Notes under the pieces: model-generated
The model's database searches: none
Told to the model about the DNA's origin: nothing
What the model saw: the letters and a program-made list of their open reading frames with translations, nothing else
Position numbers and translations under genes: made by a program
Part shown: in pieces, positions 10,548-20,700 of the stretch
Position numbering within the stretch: position 1 is the stretch's first letter
Layout of the letters: each line of letters begins with the position of its first letter
Assembly: GCA_027923505.1 (NCBI GenBank)
Contig: BROI01000026.1
Span: 124,001-188,000 of the forward strand
Length of the DNA stretch: 64,000 bases
Origin: Mayamaea pseudoterrestris
Taxonomy: Eukaryota
Direction of reading: 5' to 3'

Positions 10548-12137
10548 ATGCGACGTTTACTCTTCTTCTCCTTTTTACTAATTGTATCACCATTTACAGT
10601 ATGTTTTGTTCGTGCAGAAAATGCAGTGATGCAGTTCAAGTCAAGAGCAGCAGCTGCAGCAGGACGACGAACGAGCAGCTTCGGCAAACGAAAGCACAAT
10701 TTCCAGCAAGTACAGCGACAATCATCATTTTCTATTCAATTGAATAGATTCAGAGGCGGCGATCAAATGCAGGAGGAAGCTCTTGATGGTGAATCTGCTC
10801 CTGCTGCCGTGTCGATGGAAGGGATGCACAATCATGACCATGACGGCGGCGACGAACCCTTTGTACTCGACGATCTTCATCATCCACAAGAACCAGCAGA
10901 GCCTTTCAATACTGCCATTAACATTCCAGTCAGCAGCAAAATGATGACAATGACTCGCAGCGTTCACTTGCAATCGCTGCTTGCCTGGACGTCGTCCTAC
11001 TTGCATGCTGCCTTGGCTCATCCTTCCTTTGCAACGCTGTATGCACTCGTCCTGCTTGGATCATCCGTCGGCTTTTACCTATTCGTCTACTTTACTTCCA
11101 TTGGATACTCGCTTGGTATTGGCTATGCAGCGGCTTGGTTGCTTCTTTCAGACTACTACTATCGTGGTGGCGGCGGCAAATCTATGCAACTACATTCCAT
11201 CTTGGTGGTGGCATGGTCCATTCGACTGCTTTGCTTCTTGCTGCACCGCGAATTCATCGCCTGGCCGGCCCTGCACCTTCAGTATCGGCGCACCAGACAG
11301 CAACGAAAGACTAGTAAGAAGCAAAAGAGGCATCAGAAACGAAGTGCTGCAACGCCAGTCTCAGTCGATGATTCTGCTGCGGCTGATGAAGAACAACCAT
11401 CCACAACAACGACAGCAGCAGCAGTCGCGACGGATGGACCACCCAAAATTGTTCAACTCTCATGCTGGCTAGTCTATTCACTGCTCTACACCTGCCTTGC
11501 TTCGCCATGCTACTATTTTCACAAGCAAATGCGCGAAACTAGCAAGACGCAACACTGCAAGGTGGCACTCGCTCTACAAATCTTTGGCTTGTCGGTGGAA
11601 ACAGTTTCCGACCTGCAAAAGTCGCGATTCAAGCAACGGAGACCAGCTGACTGGTGTCGCGTTGGAATATGGAAACATGGAAGACATGTCAACTATGCTG
11701 GCGAGTGGTTGTTTTGGCTTGGAACGTATTTGGCTGGTGTGAGTGCGGTAGTGACGAGTGCTTTGACAAGGACAACGACAACAACGAGCACATTGGCATT
11801 TTGCTCCAGGGCACTGACAGTCATGAGCATAGGATTCGCGTTCATCACGCTCGTGCTGCTGGGAGCGGCAGAGTTTGTCGGTGCTCGACAGCTGGAAAAG
11901 TATGGGCATGACTTTGACTACCTTCAGTTTCGCGAAACCCATGGATGGCTTGGTCCCAACTGGATGACAATGAAACGAACCATTGCGGCAACGGCACTAC
12001 CCAAGCTCCAAAGTATCAAGAAGCTTGGTCGACGGAAGGAGAATCTGTCGAATACAACAACATTGGAGCAGGACGATTATGCTGGTGATGGACAAGCCGA
12101 CGGAAAGGCTCAGTCGGACGGATCGCTACTGCTGTAA
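10548..12137 (+). CDS. DUF1295 / steroid 5-alpha-reductase-like membrane protein
   Basis: Signal peptide, several TMs, ETVSDLQKSRFK...WCRVGIWKHGRHVNYAGEWLFWLG motif. Confidence 0.75.
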   Translation: MRRLLFFSFLLIVSPFTVCFVRAENAVMQFKSRAAAAAGRRTSSFGKRKHNFQQVQRQSSFSIQLNRFRGGDQMQEEALDGESAPAAVSMEGMHNHDHDGGDEPFVLDDLHHPQEPAEPFNTAINIPVSSKMMTMTRSVHLQSLLAWTSSYLHAALAHPSFATLYALVLLGSSVGFYLFVYFTSIGYSLGIGYAAAWLLLSDYYYRGGGGKSMQLHSILVVAWSIRLLCFLLHREFIAWPALHLQYRRTRQQRKTSKKQKRHQKRSAATPVSVDDSAAADEEQPSTTTTAAAVATDGPPKIVQLSCWLVYSLLYTCLASPCYYFHKQMRETSKTQHCKVALALQIFGLSVETVSDLQKSRFKQRRPADWCRVGIWKHGRHVNYAGEWLFWLGTYLAGVSAVVTSALTRTTTTTSTLAFCSRALTVMSIGFAFITLVLLGAAEFVGARQLEKYGHDFDYLQFRETHGWLGPNWMTMKRTIAATALPKLQSIKKLGRRKENLSNTTTLEQDDYAGDGQADGKAQSDGSLLL

Positions 12138-12311
12138 TTTATCATTGTCAAAAATAACTCAATTTGTAAAATATGGTAGCATTATATCGTTGCTTTCCTC
12201 GTCGTGTGGGGAGCAACAAATTGTGCGGTTATCGCAGACGGCAGTGTACAACTGCTCACCTCGCATCGGCGTCGAATGAACCATGCGTCGCCATAAAAAT
12301 CCAGCAATATC

Positions 12312-14183
12312 TCAAACAATATACGAGGTATTGTGATAATTGGATGCAGCACCCGCCGTGGCTGCATTCGTCCGAGCTCCTTCGTCGCTACGGCCGCGCA
12401 GCAGGTGGCTCGTTGATTCTCGAAGCTCCAACTCCTTCAAAGTCTCCGCGTTACCGCTGCCACTTCCATTGAACATTTTCATGTTCAACATTGACCCATT
12501 TCCACTGACGTATGGACTACTGTGCCGACTCGTCTTGTACTTTTGACCTGGTCCATTGCTCCGGCTTCGCTTGCTATCATTTCGCCGTCGTAAACTCTTG
12601 GCCGTCAGCGCGGCAATGAATATAAACACGCCGAGTAAATGTTCCAGCGTGCAGACATTATGAAACAAGAAGAACGACAAAAACAATGTTGTAGCCTTGC
12701 GCGTGACGCTGGTTATACTCATGGTGAGCGCACCAAACTGCTTGGTGATTGCCGCGCTGCAGCTTGAACCAAAGAACCCCATGCTTGAAAATAGAATCAA
12801 AACGCCAATTTTGGCCGGCACTGTCCACGTTCGTTCACTCATTGGTAGCGATAGTTCCTGGTATGTTCCAGGCTGCAGCAACCAGTCCATGCCTTCGCGC
12901 AAGTCGCCCTTGATTGCCGCCGCCGCTGAAATGGCCACTAACGCAATCGAGTACATTTTGAAGATAAACTCATCTTGTCCAACTCCAAACCGCTGCATGA
13001 TGGTTTCACTCACATTGGTGATGGCGCCGTCACAAATGAGCGACACAGTCAGCATAATGACTCCCATGGGCGCAAAAATGGCGCTGGAATTGGCGTCGGC
13101 GTGCAGAAAGAGTGCCAATCCAAGTACCATGGTTGATACGATCAGATAGTCCTTGCAAACGTAGCGTTTCTTGGACAAGATTACGCCAAACAGCATGGTA
13201 AAAACGACTCGACTCGACTTGAGTAGCGTCTTGGCTGGGTAATTCAAATATTGCATGGCAAGATTGGTCATGCCCAAGTCAAGTGCGCGCAGCAGCGACA
13301 ATCCCAAGTAAAGTATGAACGGCACTGGAATGGTATTTGCCGCCGACATGCCCGAATTGGATGGCGGCGGCGGTGGAACATTCGAGTAACTCTTGTTGCT
13401 ATTTCCATGCGGCAGTTGCAGCGACTGCTGCTGCAGCCAGGTTGCTTCGGCGAGTGCGGCAAACTGCTTGCGCTCGTGCTTTTCGTAGACGAAGCGTCGC
13501 AGCAAGTATGCCAGCACGGTATATCCAACAAACTGCACCGTTGCTAGAAACAATCCGAGTTTGCGGTTGCAAAGCTGCACGCTAATCAGCTCCTGCAAGT
13601 AGCCGTAGAGCAGCGAAAAGACAAACACGCCGGATGCGCACATGACAAACTGCAAATTGCGCGAGTATCCGGATATGTCAAAGCCCAAGACCAAGACTGG
13701 TTCCGAAACCAAGTCGTCAAAGAATTCCAAATCACTGCTCGTATTTGGAGCAGCCTTGATGGGATTTGGAGGTGGTAAAGGATGAGCGTGGTGTTGTTGA
13801 TGATGATGAAGGTGATGCAATGGTGGATTGTTACTGCTGCTGTGGCTGCTGCCAACATGATGATCATTTTGCTGCTGCTGCGAATAAATCGTTCGTTGCT
13901 TCGGAGCTAATTGAGACGTTGTTGTCGTTGGAGCCAAGTATGGAATCTCCAAGTGACGCAATGGTTCCTTGTTGCTGCTGCTGCTGCTCATAGCAGAAGT
14001 CTCCTGCGATCCAGCCGCAGCATCAGCGTCGTCAATACTCAGTAGACGCTGCATTAACGTTTCGTCTTGCTGTGAATGACTCGAGTGAATATGTAAATGT
14101 TGATTGTTGTTGCTGCTATTTAATGATCCCTTTTCCGGAGTTGTTGTAGCGGATGGTTGTCGCTGTCGCATCATGGTCGTCAT
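12312..14183 (-). CDS. PAPS transporter 2-like (SLC35B3/UAA family nucleotide-sugar transporter)
   Basis: YGYLQE, LNYPAKTLLKSSRV, FGALTMSITSVTRKATTLFLSF motifs; ~10 TMs; long low-complexity N-terminus. Confidence 0.8.
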   Translation of the reverse strand: MTTMMRQRQPSATTTPEKGSLNSSNNNQHLHIHSSHSQQDETLMQRLLSIDDADAAAGSQETSAMSSSSSNKEPLRHLEIPYLAPTTTTSQLAPKQRTIYSQQQQNDHHVGSSHSSSNNPPLHHLHHHQQHHAHPLPPPNPIKAAPNTSSDLEFFDDLVSEPVLVLGFDISGYSRNLQFVMCASGVFVFSLLYGYLQELISVQLCNRKLGLFLATVQFVGYTVLAYLLRRFVYEKHERKQFAALAEATWLQQQSLQLPHGNSNKSYSNVPPPPPSNSGMSAANTIPVPFILYLGLSLLRALDLGMTNLAMQYLNYPAKTLLKSSRVVFTMLFGVILSKKRYVCKDYLIVSTMVLGLALFLHADANSSAIFAPMGVIMLTVSLICDGAITNVSETIMQRFGVGQDEFIFKMYSIALVAISAAAAIKGDLREGMDWLLQPGTYQELSLPMSERTWTVPAKIGVLILFSSMGFFGSSCSAAITKQFGALTMSITSVTRKATTLFLSFFLFHNVCTLEHLLGVFIFIAALTAKSLRRRNDSKRSRSNGPGQKYKTSRHSSPYVSGNGSMLNMKMFNGSGSGNAETLKELELRESTSHLLRGRSDEGARTNAATAGAASNYHNTSYIV

Positions 14184-14396
14184 GAGCGTTCGACGAAACG
14201 ATTGGTACTGATAATCTAGCAAGTTAGCAAGCAGCAATCAAGAGAGTCAAGTCAGTCTTTGACGAGGGTGCTTGTATAATGCAAGGCGAAATGGATGCCA
14301 TGGTTCACGTCGCCGTCGTTGGCGGCCTTTTCCTCTCGTCGCTCGTTGTTGCGTCAGTTGTTTTCTACTACTGCCTCATGAGTCATTGATTGTTCG

Positions 14397-14625
14397 ACAC
14401 TGTGGCTCAAAGAGTAGTGCCAAAAACTTTGATTTTCAACGTACGATGACTGTAGCTCAAAGTGTAGTGCCCAAAACTGTGAAAGATATCAAATTTTTTG
14501 ACACTGTGGCTCAAAGAGTAGTGCCAGAAACTGTGATTTTCAACGTACGATGACTGTGGCTTAAAGTGTAGTGCCAAAAACTGTGAAAGATATCAAAGTT
14601 TTTGGCACTATGGCTCTAAGAGTAG
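14397..14625 (+). repeat. 50-bp minisatellite family, copy B (alternating plain and hairpin units)
   Basis: Same unit as 7197-7502; hairpin GTGCCAAAAACT...AGTTTTTGGCAC at 14571-14608; ends AAGAGTAG. Confidence 0.9.
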
Positions 14626-14656
14626 GCAAGCTGAGCAACGCTCATGAAAACCAGTC

Positions 14657-16066
14657 ATGAATGACCGCGCGCCTCGTTTCGTCCGATTCGACCCGACTCG
14701 CTTCACCAAGGAATTGCTTTGCCGCGCCTTGACTCACTGCAAAGTCACTTCATTATTCTCGTTCCATCGAATGGCCGTCGAAAGACTCCTGGACAAGGAC
14801 AAGAGCGATAACATTACATTCATCAATTCACTTTTCAGTCAATCTGCAACCATGACCATTCTCCGAGCATCATCGTCTGCTGCCTTTGGCGCACCGCCCA
14901 ATACTCCTCCTCTTTCCGCTCGAACAAGCCCATCCCTTCGCTCCCGCGCAAGTCGCATGCCGTCAAATCTTGAGCTTTCCGTAACGAAAATGTCGAATGT
15001 TGATGACTGCTTGGGATGCAACGATTCCACGTGCTTGACTTGCAGTACCGCCATGTATTGCTCCTTTGTGACACCTACGAAGAGTCGTAGTACCATGGAA
15101 GAGATGACGACTACAGTCGCGGGAGTCTCGCGCATGACGCCTCCATTTCCTTATCCAGCAGCCATGGCGTTGCGAGGAAATGCAAAGAGTCCGACATTGA
15201 CAGCAACTTCCTTAACGAGTCGGCAGCGTCGCGTTACTCCAACGAGCACCAACAACAGCAAGCAGAATCAAGTCTTTTTTGAGCGACGTCGGCCCAGTGA
15301 CAGCATGACTATTCCAGCAGCGTCATCAAGCACTCGCATGCAGCAACTGAATACGTTGTCGCAGTACGCCGCCTGGTTCTGCGTCTTGGACTGCACCGTC
15401 CTGCCGATGCTGCTCGTTGTCGTGCCGTTTCTAAGCGTGTCGCCAGCCGCCTCGCACCAGTTGCACGTACTGACGCACGAGATGGCACTCAAGTTTGTCC
15501 TTCCGCTGGGAGTAGTGACGACCTTGCTGAATTTCTATTCGTCGACTACGGCGAGTAATAGCAGTGGTGCGAGTGACGCTAAATTGGCAGCAGCATCAAC
15601 CACAACGACTTTAACTAAAGCGACCGTCAATCGACCGTCATTGTCGCGTCGCTTCCTGCTTCCCTACCTTTACACGGCCTTGGCTGTCACTGGATTGATT
15701 CTCATTTTCCTCGCCAACAACGAGTCGGCGCTGGCGACAGTCATGAGTAGCATCAAAGGTGGACTACATAATGCAGCGGCAGAAACAAGTCACGGTCATT
15801 TGCATCATGCTCATCACCACCACGCGCATCATCATGTTCATGCTCATGCTCACGCTCACCATGCTCATGCTCACGTCCATGGCCACGCTCATGACATTCC
15901 AGAGTGGCTGCATCGGGTGGTGAACATTTTCGGATGCGCCTGCCTCATGACAGCCAACTACTTGACCAAACAGTTTCAAAAGCAGACGAACAATGGAGGC
16001 GATAGCAATGGAGGCGATAGCAGTGGAGGCGGCTTCTTTTGTGCGAGTCCGAGCTGCAAGTGTTGA
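14657..16066 (+). CDS. MerC-like membrane protein with His-rich loop
   Basis: LSQYAAWFCVLDCTVLPMLL resembles the MerC N-terminal CxxxC helix; ~4 TMs; long poly-His/Ala tract; Cys-rich tail CASPSCKC; true start may be downstream. Confidence 0.6.
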   Translation: MNDRAPRFVRFDPTRFTKELLCRALTHCKVTSLFSFHRMAVERLLDKDKSDNITFINSLFSQSATMTILRASSSAAFGAPPNTPPLSARTSPSLRSRASRMPSNLELSVTKMSNVDDCLGCNDSTCLTCSTAMYCSFVTPTKSRSTMEEMTTTVAGVSRMTPPFPYPAAMALRGNAKSPTLTATSLTSRQRRVTPTSTNNSKQNQVFFERRRPSDSMTIPAASSSTRMQQLNTLSQYAAWFCVLDCTVLPMLLVVVPFLSVSPAASHQLHVLTHEMALKFVLPLGVVTTLLNFYSSTTASNSSGASDAKLAAASTTTTLTKATVNRPSLSRRFLLPYLYTALAVTGLILIFLANNESALATVMSSIKGGLHNAAAETSHGHLHHAHHHHAHHHVHAHAHAHHAHAHVHGHAHDIPEWLHRVVNIFGCACLMTANYLTKQFQKQTNNGGDSNGGDSSGGGFFCASPSCKC

Positions 16067-17195
16067 GCAAAAATAGGATTCGTTTGCGAATGGAATGGAA
16101 CAGAGTGGATTGCAATTGGAATGCAACGATGAGGTGTGTTCGAGCGACGAGTCACGAACAATGAACGGACGACTTGCGTATTTATACATGTATATATTTT
16201 AGAAATCAGATGCATTAGTTACTTTCGATTTTCATTTCGTGTAGCACAGTGCTTACTCACGCAGATGCAGCCAGGATTATGTATGTCAAGTGGCGGAAAA
16301 TGGCAACGATAACAAGCGCAGGCATGTCGACATTTTTCATGACCAAAGCTATGAGCTCGTGGTTACTCAAGCGTCGCATCCATCTTGTTCACCAGCAGCT
16401 ATATTAAACGGCATACCGCTTCCTGACAAATCGCTCAACGATGCTTGTTGGCCGCTGCTTCCTGCAAATCAGTTTGCATTGCATTGAGACACTTTGTGCT
16501 GCGGCCAATGGGAGGACACTTGGCAATCTTTGCTGAAGTAGTAAACACCCTTGCCCTGGAGTATTAAAAAGCACTATCAGGACGGATGATTGTAAGCAGG
16601 CTGAGTCTGTACAAGTGCTGCACTTTCATCGCGCTTGGCCTTTCAAGTGTATTCTTGATAGCATTCAAATATGCTCGTCGTGTTGTCTCGATAATGAGAT
16701 TGATTACCAACTCGTCTACCGATAGGTCCGCAAATTCATCTTTTCGAAAACACTTGGGATGATGCAAAAGCAACAGCGATAGCATGTCGAGCAGCCTGCG
16801 GTGTGCGGTGTCTGATACGGGGCTGAACGACGTTGGTTGCAGTCCAAGCTCTTCGTCTGATGCGAAAGCATATAGCGCTTAAAAAAGAAACCGACGACTA
16901 CGGTTGCAGTCCAGCCAGATTCCGCCTCATGCAACGACTTGACACTGAAATATCCGCATGGGGATGTCGACCCTCATCGCCATCATGAACGCCCTGCCAT
17001 GCCAACATGCGTGCATACAGGCCTTCAAAGATCATCTACCGGTAGCAGTTCTACCAACAAATACACTCCGGCTAGGTCACAAAGGTGTGTTTCCTTCTCC
17101 ATCAGGTGCAATGATGAAGGAGCAGAGTCTATCAAGTTCGAATGCACTGCACGAGAGGCCGAAATGCTTCATCACAACATCGCTCGACGAGAATG

Positions 17196-17516
17196 CTACT
17201 CTTTGAGCGACAGTGCCAAAAACTTTGGTATCTTTCACAGTTATTGGCACTACACATTGAGCCACAGTTAACGTACGTTGAAAATCAAAGTTATTGGCAG
17301 TACTGTTTGAGCTACAGTGAACGTACGTTGAAAATCAAAGTTTTTGGCACTACTGTTTGAGCCACAGTCATCGTGCGTTGAAAATCAAAGTTATTGGCGC
17401 CACTGTTTGAGCTACAGTCATCGTACGTTGAAAATCAAAGTTATTGACATAACTCTTTTAGCCACAGTCAATGTACGTTGAAAATCAAAGTTTTTGGCAG
17501 TACTGTTTGAGCTACA
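17196..17516 (-). repeat. 50-bp minisatellite family, copy C (inverted)
   Basis: AAAATCAAAG recurs exactly every 50 bp (17281, 17331, 17381, 17431, 17481); reverse complement ends in the same hairpin and AAGAGTAG as copy B. Confidence 0.9.
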
Positions 17517-17790
17517 CAACTCGTTGTTGTTCTTCGTGAAATGAGGAACTATCTGAATCATGCAAAATACCTGCGCGCCCGTCGGCTACGGGCAACGGCA
17601 ATCTCCGGGTCGCACAGCATTCGTCCACCATGGCGAGCACAAGTTTTTGATGCGACAGCACCTCGGCAACAGCGATCACAGCAGCAGAAGTATTATAGCT
17701 ACAGCAAGCAATAAAGAAGCACTTGAAACTCTAGCGCTTAAAATTTAAAGACGAAGTTGCTTTTTAATCGAGCATTTTGCAGCAGCAACA

Positions 17791-20700
17791 ATGGCTGACA
17801 CCTCGTCACTGCTTCGAGAGGAGAACTTGACGCCCAACTCGTCTCCAATACGTCCGATTCACAAGAAACCATTAAGCGAGCCAGCAATTGTCAATTTTGA
17901 TGGAATCGCAGCCTTTGGAGGAGCAAATTTGACGACTGGAAGCAATAGCAATGGATTGGACTCAAGCTACTTGAGCAGCTCGTCGTCATCGGCCGGAAGC
18001 GATGATTTAATGACGGACAATAGCAGCATGCTCATTACGACTGATTTCGTAGTTGCGACGGAGGAACGAGAAACTGATAGTCAAGCTTTCTTGTCGAGTC
18101 AAGAAACCGCCATGACGAACGCATCGCGCGAGCATGACGAGTACAACAGCAGCAGCAGCAATATCAACGACGACGGCGATTACGAAATGCAACAACCACC
18201 AGCGACATTGAATCGCCTTCCTTTGGGTCCGCTTCGTCGCCAGAGTCTTGGAGGACCCATGCAGATTCGTAAAACGCCGCCGCTTCCTCCCAATAGTCGT
18301 CGCGCCTCGCTGGATCCGCGCCTTCTTCCAGTCATGCCGCGAGTGCAGCAGCAGTCGCAGCCAGCGACTCTTTCGCAAAGTAATGCAACGGAAACCGACG
18401 CAATTGAACTGAAGCAGGACAATGAGACCGCATCATTTCAGGACGATTCCATGGAGTCGTTTGACGAATCGACGGACCATGACGACACTAGCGGCAGCCA
18501 CGTGCAGCGCCACCAAGTCAAGCGTAGGCAAACATTGGGAGGAAATTTGCTGCCGCCTCGTCCGCTGGCGCAAAGCAAGCGACGCATGACCTTGGAGCCT
18601 GGACTAGTGCCGCCTTGGCAAATGAATACATCAGCTACTACGACAATGGAGGCTGCTGCTGCTGGCGGCGACGTGGAACAAGCTCCGAGCATGATTCATA
18701 CTGAAGGTGCGGCAATGAACGCAAGCAATGGCGAATCGATTCAAATTTACACGCAAGAGTCCGTGTTTGATGATGAGGAGGAAGACGATGATTTTCCGGT
18801 CGCAAAACATCCTCGTCGTCAAAGTATTGCTGGCGTTCCAGCTGATCCACCTGTCACCAAGACTTCCTCCGCTTTGCGTCGACGCATGTCAATGGGGCCA
18901 GGCGTTCCTCGACCCAAGCAAGCAACTACCACTGTTAATACAAACGCAAGCATCAATACACGGATCATGACGCAAACCGGGCATTCTGATTCAGCCGCGA
19001 CCAATGAACAAGCGCCAATGGAAGACTTGACAACGGATTACCAAGACGAGACTGCCGGATTGCTAATGCTTTCGACACCAAAGCCGCATGATCCTCGTCG
19101 TCATACTCTGGATCATGGATCCGTTCCAATGCAGTCGACCAAACAATCTGCGAATCTAGAAACACGTCGCATGAGTATGGGACCGGGCATTGACATGACG
19201 AGTTCAGCAGCCATGCAAGTCTGCCGATTGGATGGCAATAGCAGTACGCCTGGCTCGAACGCGAGCGCTGCAACGACTCCTGGCAGTGCCGCAAGCTCGA
19301 ATGGAAAGTCTTCATCCAAAAAGAACAAACGACCGTCAGTGGATCGTTTGCTGGTGCGCGCGGAGGAAGCCAAGAAACGACGAATTGCAAAGGAAATGCG
19401 CCGATCCAGCATTGGGCTGCACGACAGCCACTCGGAGCAAAGGCCAATGATTGGTAGTAACGACACGGCTCGAGTTTTGTCGCCGATGAAGGTTGCCGAG
19501 CATGGTGATACAACAGCTAGCTTTGGATCGTCCTTCTTATTGACGACCGATTTGGAAGACACGGCCAACCAGACCCATGATGCTCGATCAAACAACACTC
19601 ATCGGCAAATGTTTTCAAAGGAAATCGACAATCAAAACGAGACCATAATCACGAATGATAACATGCTGTTTAGCGACGGTGCAAGTACTTCGCGTCCATC
19701 CAGTACCTCGTTTGCTGGGAAACGCGATGCCGAGTCGACAGAAACATACAAAAGAGGCAATGCTATGGATGAAACGGCCGATGCTGACGCGCTGGCTCAA
19801 CTTTTTGACTCCGACGACGAGTCCGATAAGCGCATGTCGACGGCAACGAGTGGATCCTTTTCAAATATGCTGGGTGAAAAGGCGCAAGCTTCGTTCCATT
19901 CGCCAGGAAAGACTAGGCAAATAAGCAGTGTGTCTTCTCGCAGTCCATCGTCAACTCGATCAAGCATTCCAGTCCTAGGATCACCGGCAAGGCCACCAAG
20001 CGTTCTTGACGTCGTGCTTGGCAAGTCGCCAACGCGTGAACGATCGCCTCACCGCCCTGCGATTGATCGTCATTTACTTGATGCTCAAGCGACAAGCCCC
20101 TTCAAGTCTGGCAAGGTGCGCGAGAGTTTGCTGCTGTCGCCAATTCCCATTTACGAGGACGATAATAATAGCAAGAGCCCCAGCGGATCAGAAGCAAATA
20201 CAAGCCGCGAGCGGCGGATCAGGAACATGGATAGTTTGTTGCAGTATCGTGACGAGTTGACGACTCGGCTCGACCGTCCCGACCTTTTCATGTACGAACA
20301 AAATGGAGCTGCGGCTTTGCCAACAGAAAGCGGCTTGGAGACGAATTGCGCTAATGACGGACCTAGAGAAAACTCGTCGCTGCTGATTCAGGACGTGTCA
20401 CTCACCGAGTCGTTGCATCTGTCACCGGCTCAAAGCACGCGCAGCGCTCAAAGACGTCGCAAGCTTGCTAGCACATCGGATGGAGTCGGCAATATTCTTT
20501 TATTTGCTAGCACTGGGAAGAAGCGTCCAAGTCGGAAGAACTCCATTGTTTCACCACGTCGCGAGAACTTAACAAAGGACGATAGTGGAGCCGATGATTC
20601 AACTCCTTCGGCGAGCACTTTATTGAATACCAGCAAGAGTTACACGTCCACCGATAATGACGCAGGTTTTTCCGCGGTGGCATGCACAAATGAAGAATCC

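Noticed and set aside
16290..17195. Possible transposase relic (NALPCQHAC resembles a SWIM finger)
   Set aside because: One short motif in fragmented ORFs with no other MULE motifs; needs TBLASTX to evaluate
6191..17516. Short repeat arrays (42 bp and 50 bp) as CRISPR arrays
   Set aside because: Units are repeated along their whole length with no unique spacers; no cas genes; eukaryotic context
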